A stretch of DNA of 64,000 nucleotides, from IMG/VR virus record IMGVR_UViG_2897748404_000006, positions 4,730 through 68,729 of that record; one strand, 5' to 3'. The stretch comes from a virus (Duplodnaviria > Caudoviricetes). The position numbers and the translations under genes are program-made. A model generated the notes under the pieces. That model did no database searches. It was not told where the DNA came from and saw only the letters and a list, made by a program, of their open reading frames with translations. Shown in pieces: positions 1-8,400 of this stretch (the stretch's first letter is position 1; each line of letters begins with the position of its first letter).

Positions 1-573
1 AATGTTTTTTTTCTTACCAACTTTTTTATCGTAACAATTCCAAAAATCTTCAAACGTTGGAAAAATTTCTACTTCGGCATAGGTTATATTCTTAAGTTCT
101 TCTCTTTCTTTTTTTTCTTTTATTTCTTCTCTTTCTTTATTTCTTATATTCTTTAGTTGTTGCGATTTGTCTGCGATTTGTTTGCGATCTGTCTGCGATT
201 TGTTTGCGATCTGTCTGCGATCTGTCTGCGATTTATCTGTTAAGTTGCTTGTCATCAACTCTTCTTTAATTTGCATTTCTTCCCATTTGACAAGGGTTAT
301 GAGCTGAAATTTGTTTGTTGTTTTCCTTGTTACTTCTCCGCTATCTTCTAGTTTTTTCATTGCGGTTCTGCATTGACTTACTGATAGTTTTATTTGTTTA
401 GCGAGATTTGCCCAACTTAAAACCATCGACCCCGATTTAATTACAATACCACGCCATTTTTTATCTTCAAAATTGACGGAAAGTAAAAGATGAACTAAAA
501 GGCGAGAAGTATTAGAATCGTCATACCACTCCCATTTTAAAAATGACCTATGTAATTTTACCCAACCACTCAT
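1..573 (-). CDS. Phage replication initiator (lambda O/DnaD-like HTH), 3' end runs off the window
   Basis: Not in the ORF track. Hand translation from ATG at 573 gives MSGWVKLHRSFLKWEWYDDSNTSRLLVHLLLSVNFEDKKWRG...FPTFEDFWNCYDKKVGKK, open to base 1. The GWVKLHR start and FEDFWxxYxKK motif are typical of phage replisome organisers, and the gene has internal iterons. Confidence 0.8.
   Translation of the reverse strand, partial: MSGWVKLHRSFLKWEWYDDSNTSRLLVHLLLSVNFEDKKWRGIVIKSGSMVLSWANLAKQIKLSVSQCRTAMKKLEDSGEVTRKTTNKFQLITLVKWEEMQIKEELMTSNLTDKSQTDRRQIANKSQTDRKQIADKSQQLKNIRNKEREEIKEKKEREELKNITYAEVEIFPTFEDFWNCYDKKVGKKKNI
161..237. repeat. Seven tandem 11-bp iterons (TGCGATYTRTY), probable phage replication origin
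   Basis: TGCGATTTGTC/TGCGATTTGTT/TGCGATCTGTC/TGCGATTTGTT/TGCGATCTGTC/TGCGATCTGTC/TGCGATTTATC lie inside the initiator gene, next to an AT/pyrimidine-rich tract (~90-160), as in lambdoid origins. Confidence 0.75.
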
Positions 574-665
574 TTTTTTACTTATAAAAAGAGAGAAGCT
601 AACCTTAAGATTTCTCCGGCTTGCGTCCAAGAGGTTAGCCACCGCATTGTTTCTCTCTTAAATTT

Positions 666-860
666 TTACTCCGTTTCTAAAAACTTAATCACCTTAGTCC
701 GCCCAATAAGCTTACTATGTTCTAATTCTAACTGTGCGGACTTTAGCATAGCGTTTGATGTTGCTACTAGGTTTTTACCTGTTGACACATCAATCTCCCC
801 GTTTTTTACTCCTTCAAATACTTTTACCAACTCCTTTCTTAACTGTTGTACGTTTTTCAT
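666..860 (-). CDS. Hypothetical phage protein (64 aa)
   Basis: ORF track; coupled to the upstream ORF by an ATGA-type overlap. Confidence 0.7.
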   Translation of the reverse strand: MKNVQQLRKELVKVFEGVKNGEIDVSTGKNLVATSNAMLKSAQLELEHSKLIGRTKVIKFLETE

Positions 861-1492
861 TGTAGTTCCCTTTTTAGTAATATGTAAAACTTCTTTGCCT
901 CGACAAATTCAGGATATTTCAATACGTCTCTTCTGGTTAAGCGACCTTTGCTATACATTACGATAGCGGTTACTGTATTTTTTGTATTGATGCTATACAT
1001 ATGGTTTTGATATGCTTCACATTCTTTACATAAATACATTCTGTTATCTTCGGTCAATGACGTATATAAAAAGTCCAGAATAGACTTTTCTTTTTCGCAG
1101 ACCAGACACCTTTTTTTTCTATCAAAAACATCTAAGCCATGATTTCTTTGATGATACCTTTCAAAATCTCTTTTTTTAGTTTTTTCCTTTTGATCTGGTT
1201 TACGACAATATTCAAGATGTTTGTCTTTTCTATTTTCCCTGTTTCTTTTTTGCGTTGCTCGCCCTTCTTCGGTTTTATTATATTGTTGATTACGTTTCTT
1301 TATTCTTTCAAAATTCTTTTTACGATATTCCTTATCGTATTCTCTTTTAATCGCTTTCTTTTTTTCTGTGGTAAATCGTCTACTTTCCCAATGGCATTGC
1401 TTGTTACAAAACATAGGTTTTCCCTCTCTTAATGCCCTGTTTATTGCTCCTTGAGTTTTGTTTACTTTTTTACCACAATGATTGCAATTCAT
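857..1492 (-). CDS. Basic Zn-finger protein (HNH-endonuclease-associated type), possibly nuclease-derived
   Basis: CxxC motifs (CNHC, CNKQC, CLVC, CKEC) and K/R-rich helices. Confidence 0.55.
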   Translation of the reverse strand: MNCNHCGKKVNKTQGAINRALREGKPMFCNKQCHWESRRFTTEKKKAIKREYDKEYRKKNFERIKKRNQQYNKTEEGRATQKRNRENRKDKHLEYCRKPDQKEKTKKRDFERYHQRNHGLDVFDRKKRCLVCEKEKSILDFLYTSLTEDNRMYLCKECEAYQNHMYSINTKNTVTAIVMYSKGRLTRRDVLKYPEFVEAKKFYILLKRELQ

Positions 1493-1587
1493 ATCCTTTT
1501 AAAAACAGGGGAGATAAGATAATTTTATTCCCCAAAATTATTTCTTCGCCTTATCTGTATTCCCCTGTTTCCTGCTTAAAAATTAAC

Positions 1588-1977
1588 CTAATCGTCAAAC
1601 GGCAAATCGTCGTTTTTTTCTTCTTTTTCTGCTGTTCTTTTATCCCCTAAAAAAGCAAAATCTGATACCTCTACTTTTGTGGTGTAATGGGTTACTCCAT
1701 TTTTTTCGTAACTACTGGTTTTGTTTTTACCCTCTATGTAAATTTTAGAACCCTTAGTAACATATTTATTAAGTATCTCCGCTATTTTCCCAAAAGCAGA
1801 GATTTTATGCCACTCCGTTTTTGTTACTCTTTCACCACTGGTTTTGTCTTTGTAGTTCTCACTTGTTGCCAGAGAGAAAGAACTAACCTCATTCCCACTT
1901 TTTGTAGTGTTTTTCTCTGGCGCATTTCCTACGTTCCCGATAAGCATTACTTTGTTTAACATCCCTCTATTGTTCAA
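1588..1977 (-). CDS. ssb: Single-stranded DNA-binding protein
   Basis: LNKVMLIGNVG, FSLATSE, TEWHKI, KGSKIYIEG motifs and an acidic DDLPF tail. Confidence 0.95.
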   Translation of the reverse strand: MNNRGMLNKVMLIGNVGNAPEKNTTKSGNEVSSFSLATSENYKDKTSGERVTKTEWHKISAFGKIAEILNKYVTKGSKIYIEGKNKTSSYEKNGVTHYTTKVEVSDFAFLGDKRTAEKEEKNDDLPFDD

Positions 1978-2722
1978 AGATTCTTAATTGCGGGTATTTG
2001 GCGTTTATTTCGCCTAGTTCAGCCTCTATAATGTTTCTGGCTTCCCTATCCACATATTGTTTAATATCCGGACTCACTAAAAGACAGGTTAAATCGTAAG
2101 GATCAATATCTATTTCAACCTCAAAAGTTTGTTCTGGTTGCCCTTCAAAAACCGCTAGTGTTATCATAAAACCTTTAGGTAGATTGCTTTTTACGGCTTG
2201 CGCTTTTAAGTCCGTTAAATTGCCCCTGTTATCACTTGTTAGTTCGATTTGTTTGTCAACGGTTGCCTTAAAGTTTTGAAGCTGGCTTACAAGCTCCATT
2301 GCCTTTGTTTTGTCCTCAAACATATATTGATGCATCCTAATGAATTGCGCCAAGGTTTTAGGGTTATACTCTTTACTAGAATTTAAGCCCGTTAATTGTA
2401 GGTCTTGAGAGAGTTCTAATGTTCCTTTATACGTTTGGCAACTCTCATAAACCGCCCCATTGTTTTGAATGAAATCTATGCCTCTACGGTTGATGGAGTA
2501 GGTAACAAAAGAATTATCAAAATTTAAGTCCTCTTCTTTTGCTTTTAGAATGTGTTCTTTAGGTATGGTAATTTGCCCCTGTACATAAAAATCACACCTA
2601 TGTTTTAGCGGTGGTGCTTCTCCTGTTCGGATTTCTGTTACTCCTGAATTTGGGGTAATCTGATAATTTCCAGTTGTTCCGTCGTAGTTTAAAAAACTGT
2701 TGCCTAATGTTGATACGCTCAT
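1967..2722 (-). CDS. Conserved phage protein, YfdQ/DUF2303-like
   Basis: 251 aa; C-terminal 'LPKGFMITLAVFEG...FEVEI' resembles this family from memory; lies in the recombination operon. Confidence 0.45.
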   Translation of the reverse strand: MSVSTLGNSFLNYDGTTGNYQITPNSGVTEIRTGEAPPLKHRCDFYVQGQITIPKEHILKAKEEDLNFDNSFVTYSINRRGIDFIQNNGAVYESCQTYKGTLELSQDLQLTGLNSSKEYNPKTLAQFIRMHQYMFEDKTKAMELVSQLQNFKATVDKQIELTSDNRGNLTDLKAQAVKSNLPKGFMITLAVFEGQPEQTFEVEIDIDPYDLTCLLVSPDIKQYVDREARNIIEAELGEINAKYPQLRIFEQ

Positions 2723-3138
2723 TATATTGATTTTTGGTGTGTGATTAGATGCAATTGTCTTTCATTTTGTCTAAGTGGTCGCTGACGGATCAGCACACCC
2801 TTCCCATTGAAGTATGCCATTTGCCCTTCTTCTTGGTAGTCTATTAAGTACAAGGGTTCGGTAACTTCTTTAACACCTGTGCGTAATAAAGCTAATTGCT
2901 CTTTTGTCTCGTCTGAAATAGGCTTCTTTTCGCTATTAAGTTCCTCTGTGAATTTCTTTCGCTTTTCTTCCAGAACCGCAAGCTTAATCGAATTTTGTGC
3001 GTGTTGTTCTTTGAGTTCTAACAATTCCTCTTCTGATAAAGAAATGGAATAGGTGTGTTCTTCATTAGTTAATGCATTATCCCGAAGCATAATTTTTCGT
3101 TCATCTTCGGCATAGTCCTGAAATAAATGTTGATCCAT
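2722..3138 (-). CDS. Hypothetical coiled-coil phage protein
   Basis: ORF track; overlapping stop/start with the next gene. Confidence 0.7.
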   Translation of the reverse strand: MDQHLFQDYAEDERKIMLRDNALTNEEHTYSISLSEEELLELKEQHAQNSIKLAVLEEKRKKFTEELNSEKKPISDETKEQLALLRTGVKEVTEPLYLIDYQEEGQMAYFNGKGVLIRQRPLRQNERQLHLITHQKSI

Positions 3139-3149
3139 GTGATTTATGT

Positions 3150-3614
3150 TTAAAAATTAATTACTAAACTTCTTGATCCATATTTTTTAATTTGCACTTT
3201 TGGTATTTCAATTCCCTCACTATCGTAAATCGTATCTTTGGATTTATAAGACACCCTTAAAAGCTCCTTACGATCTGCTAACTTTTCTTTAAGTTCCTTG
3301 TATACTTCGTCCTGTTCATAGTCTAAAAGGTCGCCTGTATTACGTGAAGAAAATTGTACTCCTTGCATTGATACCATTTTGTCAATATCCTCAACTTCCT
3401 TGCTTTGTTTGAGTTCTTCAAAAAGGGCTGTAACTACCTCTTTTAAGCGAACTACATTTGTTAATGCTTCTATTACGCCAACCTCTCCGGCTTCAATGAT
3501 TTTTTGTGCGGCAACCCGTCCGGTATTTTGAGCGTCTTTCTTGGTGAAACCTGAATCATAACCCAAGTTACCGGACTGTACCACCTCTAAGAAAATGTCC
3601 TTACTTTTTCCCAT
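3150..3614 (-). CDS. Hypothetical phage protein, RecT-adjacent
   Basis: ORF track, operon context. Confidence 0.7.
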   Translation of the reverse strand: MGKSKDIFLEVVQSGNLGYDSGFTKKDAQNTGRVAAQKIIEAGEVGVIEALTNVVRLKEVVTALFEELKQSKEVEDIDKMVSMQGVQFSSRNTGDLLDYEQDEVYKELKEKLADRKELLRVSYKSKDTIYDSEGIEIPKVQIKKYGSRSLVINF

Positions 3615-3618
3615 CTGT

Positions 3619-4503
3619 TTAACCTTCTATTTCTTGTAATTGGTTTTGCAATGCCGTTTTATGCTCTGGTGACATTGTTTTGTACTTTGTACCATACCGT
3701 GTAAGGGTCGCTTTTATCCCCTGCGGGGTACTCTTCATTGCCTTATTAAATTGTTCTTCTGTAAGGAATACGATTTCAGGCTCTTTGATTTCTTTAGGTG
3801 CGCTTTCTACGGGTTCATTATCTACATACCTGTATGAACCTTCTTCTTCCTGTACTGCTTGATCCGCTAAGTGTGCGGTTTGCATTTGGACACTCATAAT
3901 TCCCCACTTGGAGATTGTATTTTTAATCACAGTTTTCTTTGCCATTGCATCAAACTGTTTCGTCCAAGGTGAATTTTTATCTCCGTAAGATGTACTGTAT
4001 TTTTTTGCGTGATCGATCACTTTTTGTTTGCTCCAAAAAACAGTTTTTTCCATACCGTTGTGAAGCCTAAAATAAGCCGCATATCCAACTACTTCGCCCT
4101 TACCTACAAGATTGAAATTCGCTACAATTTCCTCGGTTAACGCATTGTGCGCAGTGAATTGATTTTCGTATACCTCTGTAACATTTAGTTTTTTGTATTG
4201 CCCCGATCTAATGGCGAGTTGAACAAAACCTTTCCATCCTACTTGAAACTGTGCTTTTCCTTTATACGCCACAACCCACGCAAAACCTAAACTTGGATTT
4301 ATGGGAAGGTCTAGGATTGCGGCTGTGGCTACTGCGTGGAGGACTGTTTGCGGATCAGCCGAACTAAGGTATTTGTCTGAATTGACAACCTGTAATGCGG
4401 ATGATATATAACTTTGTGCTTTTTCGCCTAGTATAGACTTAAATTGATCTTGGATTGAGTCCTGCATGAAGAGAGTAGTAGCAGGGGTTAATGAATTAGC
4501 CAT
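3619..4503 (-). CDS. recT: RecT/Redbeta-family single-strand annealing recombinase
   Basis: LPINPSLGFAWVVAY, AQFQVGWKGFVQLAIRSGQY, SPW..FDAMAKKTV motifs. Confidence 0.92.
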   Translation of the reverse strand: MANSLTPATTLFMQDSIQDQFKSILGEKAQSYISSALQVVNSDKYLSSADPQTVLHAVATAAILDLPINPSLGFAWVVAYKGKAQFQVGWKGFVQLAIRSGQYKKLNVTEVYENQFTAHNALTEEIVANFNLVGKGEVVGYAAYFRLHNGMEKTVFWSKQKVIDHAKKYSTSYGDKNSPWTKQFDAMAKKTVIKNTISKWGIMSVQMQTAHLADQAVQEEEGSYRYVDNEPVESAPKEIKEPEIVFLTEEQFNKAMKSTPQGIKATLTRYGTKYKTMSPEHKTALQNQLQEIEG

Positions 4504-4508
4504 ATTGA

Positions 4509-4748
4509 TTAGTTTACTATGATTATATCCGTTTTAAATATGTCTGTGATAATTTGTGTAGCCGTAGGGACGGTTTCCTTATCTATGTACCAGTAGAGTT
4601 CTTTTTGATAGTCTGCCAAGATGTAACACTCCTTTGTTTGTTCGTCTGTGGCATCGATCTGGTTTTTAGCATAGCCTAAAGCTTCTAATACTTCAACCGT
4701 GTGATCGAGGTTTGACTTGATTAAGCAAAATTTGTTTTTTAAATCCAT
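4509..4748 (-). CDS. Hypothetical protein
   Basis: ORF track, operon context. Confidence 0.65.
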   Translation of the reverse strand: MDLKNKFCLIKSNLDHTVEVLEALGYAKNQIDATDEQTKECYILADYQKELYWYIDKETVPTATQIITDIFKTDIIIVN

Positions 4749-5047
4749 TATGCGTGTCCTTTATATGACAGGTAACTATCAAGTTGTGCCTTGGTTATAA
4801 TGTATTTACGTCCTGCTTTTTTACATTCTAAATAGCCCTCTCGAATATGAAGTCGTAGTGTTTCAGTATGGACACCTAGCATTTTAGAAACCTGTTTAAC
4901 GGTAAAGATTTCTTCCCCTTGTTCTTTGGTGATATGTGCTAGGATTCTATCAATTTTAGAACCTATATTTCTGTGAATTGATTTTTCTACAAGAGCCTGT
5001 AAGTCAGACTCTTCCATCCCTATTAAGTGGATTTGAGTTTCCTTCAT
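4748..5047 (-). CDS. Excisionase-like HTH (HTH_17/MerR-type) DNA-binding protein
   Basis: FTVKQVSKMLGVHTETLRLHIREGYL..KAGRKYII motif; first gene of the early leftward operon. Confidence 0.85.
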   Translation of the reverse strand: MKETQIHLIGMEESDLQALVEKSIHRNIGSKIDRILAHITKEQGEEIFTVKQVSKMLGVHTETLRLHIREGYLECKKAGRKYIITKAQLDSYLSYKGHA

Positions 5048-5111
5048 TTTAAAAAAATTATATACGGTTTGAGAAGCTAGATAATAGCCTCATTTAAAAT
5101 CTTGATTGTGC

Positions 5112-5268
5112 GCTCGAATTGAGCCGGATTCTTTAGGTGATTTCTGACGTATGTCTGCTCGAAGTAGAGCCGAATTCTTTAAAATATTGTACGCGAAGTA
5201 CTGCTCGAATTGAGCCGGATTCTTTGGTAATCTAAATGTAATTTTGCTCGAATTGAGCCGGATTCTTT
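5112..5268. repeat. Mini array: four 23-24 bp direct repeats (GCTCGAATTGAGCCGGATTCTTT) with unique 20-22 bp spacers
   Basis: Repeats at 5112-5134, 5157-5180 (variant GCTCGAAGTAGAGCCGAATTCTTT), 5203-5225 and 5246-5268; each contains a GCTC/GAGC inverted repeat; non-coding. Confidence 0.9.
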
Positions 5269-5465
5269 AAATAGTAACTTACAAGAGATTCGCTTTTGGG
5301 AATACTTAAGCTGAATTATGTGTAAGCTTGTGTTTTAGAGGGATACCAAATTAAACTATTTTTTTGATATAACAACGGTTTTATTCGTTTTTTTTAAACA
5401 TAGTTATTAAAATACGTGTGTTTCGTACAAAAACATAACACTCACAGGTATTGGGAAACATTGGG

Positions 5466-8400
5466 TTAATTTCCCTCTCTTCTTTCTTTCACTGCTTTAG
5501 TTAAGGCTCTGGTTTTTTGAGATTCTTTAGCCCTAACTTTTTCCATTTTCTCTTCAACATCTTCTGTGGTTTCTAACCACCCGTTTGTTTTGTATCGAGA
5601 ATACATGAGCCAATTTCTAAAATCATCCATTTCTTTTTCACCTGTGGCATACTGGTAATTTAGATACGTAAATTTCTTTACATTGCTGTAAGGCAGACCT
5701 GTAAGCATTTCTATTCCGATACCCAATGCATCGACCAGTTGTTCGGGGTCTTCTGTTTTATAAAACTTTTTGCCCTTGCTATATACTTTGTTTATTTTAC
5801 TACCAAAAGATAACGGGCTAAATTCAAACGGTTTTTCTTTATATTGGTTGTAGGCGTGTTGTACCATCGGTGCTATAATAGGCATTGACCACAACGTTGC
5901 ACTTAACGGGTTTCCTTTTATTATTGCTTCCTCTATATCATCCTCTTCAAAATCCAACGCCCCTTGTACTAAAGGGAATAAAGCAGGAAGCACTACACCG
6001 TAAACAATTAAATTTCTTCCATCCTCCCATGTTGCCTTACCTCTTTGTATATTTCTTACAGAGTCCCTTATTTTTTGGAAATACTGTATTTGTGAACTCA
6101 TATAGGTAGTAAACAAGTTCCCTGCCTTGTTTCTTTGATAGGCTGAAAGGTTTTCTATAGAACTAGATTGTTGGGTACTGTCTGTAAAGTTTTCAAAATC
6201 CCTCAACGCCATTTCTCGCGCTTTTTTCGGACTGTGTTTTTTAGAGTATTGTTTTGTTTTTGCATTTACATATCCTACGCCTCCTAAGATAATTCCCGCA
6301 GCATCACCATACCGAGTTAAGAGCATGAGTTTAGATGCTAAATTTGATTTTTTAGATAGTACTTGCTCGTAATCCCTAGCCATTTGTGCGGTAACATCAC
6401 GATTATAGCCCCTCTCTAAACGCTCCTTCATAAAAGGGGTGTTCATTATATCTTTATACGTCTTAAAGTTCTTTATAGGAGAACTAAAAGTTCCTGCTGT
6501 CCATGCTCTAAATCCTGCCCCTGTCATATAAGCGGGGAATGACGCTATTTGAGACATTGCAGAAGGTAGGTTTAAGGCTAACGAAGCGGTTACTGCCTTG
6601 TTTTTAATATTGATGATAGCGGTTAATAGATCATTGGCTTTTGCACCATCGTTAGCAATATCAACGATATGCTGATCTACGAGTTTCATAAACTCTTTTC
6701 CTTGTCTTTGTACAACGGCTCTACGTACTTTTTCGTTTTTAAAAACATCACTTAATTGACGTACTGCGGGTTCAAACGTAGTGAACTGTATCATGTTATT
6801 AACATATCGATATAGCACGCTTTCTGCTCCAGACTCAAACCCTAACGGTTTTCTGTGGTTTGTTCTGGCAATTACATTGGGTGACATTGCCGAGGCTGTT
6901 GTGAAATCTACATCATCAACGGATATTTCTTTTGTTTGGTTCTCTAAAACTTCGGTAGGGCTATACATTTCTGTTATAGGCATATCTACCCCAAACATTT
7001 TTTTATACGTTGGGTTAACTTTTTTGTACATATTAGGGTAAAATTCTTCCACCAGAAAATCACCGTATTTCTGTATTTCGGGATTCTTATTTATAATCCC
7101 TTGAACCGCTTCTATTGCTGCATCACTAAAACCGTTATCGTTCTTTAGTTTTTCTAAAGTGGTAGGGTTCTTTGTATACATATATAATTGCAAAAACTGA
7201 CCGAGTGTTTTATCATTTAGGTTTATACTTTTTTGAATAGTATTCCCTTGGCGATCTTTAATGCTTCCTTTAAAAATACCTAAGTCGTTTTTTTTGTCTC
7301 GTTGGTTTAATTTCTTAGATATGCTTTTGTAGTTTTTGCCTAAGACTTTTTTCTTTCCGTCCAATAATTCTTTATAGACTTCTTGATTCATTTTGTCTTT
7401 GCTTCTCCTTGCTGATTGCACTAAATCAGCCAATCTTTTTAACTTATTATCCTTAGAATAATCCAATTGAGCCATAAGCCCTCTAAAACCTTCCATTTTA
7501 TTGAACACACCTTTTGTTTTACCAACGACATTGTTAAGCATATAAGACATAAACTTATCTGTCTTTTCTGTAGGGGATAAGCCTTTTTTAGTGTAGTCTC
7601 TTTTGTTTGTTCTTTGCGTTAAAACATCTTGAGAGTCCACCAACGCTTCGTCTTTTAAAATCGCTTGCGTTGTGTCTTCACGGTTTTTTGTTTTTTCGGC
7701 TAGATCTTTTTTAGCCTTTTCGTTAAATTTGGCTTTTCCTTCAAGCAATAAGGCTTGAAGGTTATTATAAGAATCCTCTAATAACTCCGTTGCTTTTAGT
7801 TTGGTGTCTATGTAATCAATAGTCCCTTTAGGTGTTTTCTTGGTAAGGTTATTTAAGTCGTTACCCCGTACGATCTGCAATGCCGTATTTAGGTCTGTAA
7901 TCAAATCTAAAGAGCTATCTAAGTTTTCCGTAGTGGTATTTGCCTCTGCATCCCTTATGTCCTGCAAAATATCATCGGGGGTTTTTTGTATGTTTTTTAA
8001 AATTTTACCAAATCTTTTTCGTACATCTTCCGATACTTTTTTGGCTTTAAGCTTTTTGTTCTCCGTTTTTAAGAAGGTTTGAGGCTCTTTAAGCATCTTC
8101 TTTAAGTCTTTAGCTACGGCTTTATGTCCTAGTAAAGACAACTCTGAGTCAATGGCTAATAATGCCTTATTTACTTGCGCCATTGTATTAGCCTTTGCAA
8201 GCTTAGAGTTAAGATTTGTAAGATTTGTTTTAGTGGCAACGCCTATTTTTTGATTATCCAGAACGCTTTTTATATGGGCTAACGCTTCTTTTTTGGCTTC
8301 TAGAACATCGGTCTTTTCTGTTTTGAAACGTTCTTTTAGTCTACCTTTTTCTTTTCTTCCTTGGGCTAACCCTTGTTTTCTTCCTATGGCTTTCCCTTCT

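Noticed and set aside
5226-5245. Self-targeting by array spacers (ATGTAATTTT also at ~550-559 in the initiator gene; AAAATATTGTA also at ~50252)
   Set aside because: Only 10-11 nt AT-rich matches, expected by chance in 64 kb of AT-rich DNA.
5112-5268. Calling the repeat array a bona fide CRISPR locus
   Set aside because: No cas genes in the window, spacers are only 20-22 bp, and no leader could be identified; kept as an unexplained array.
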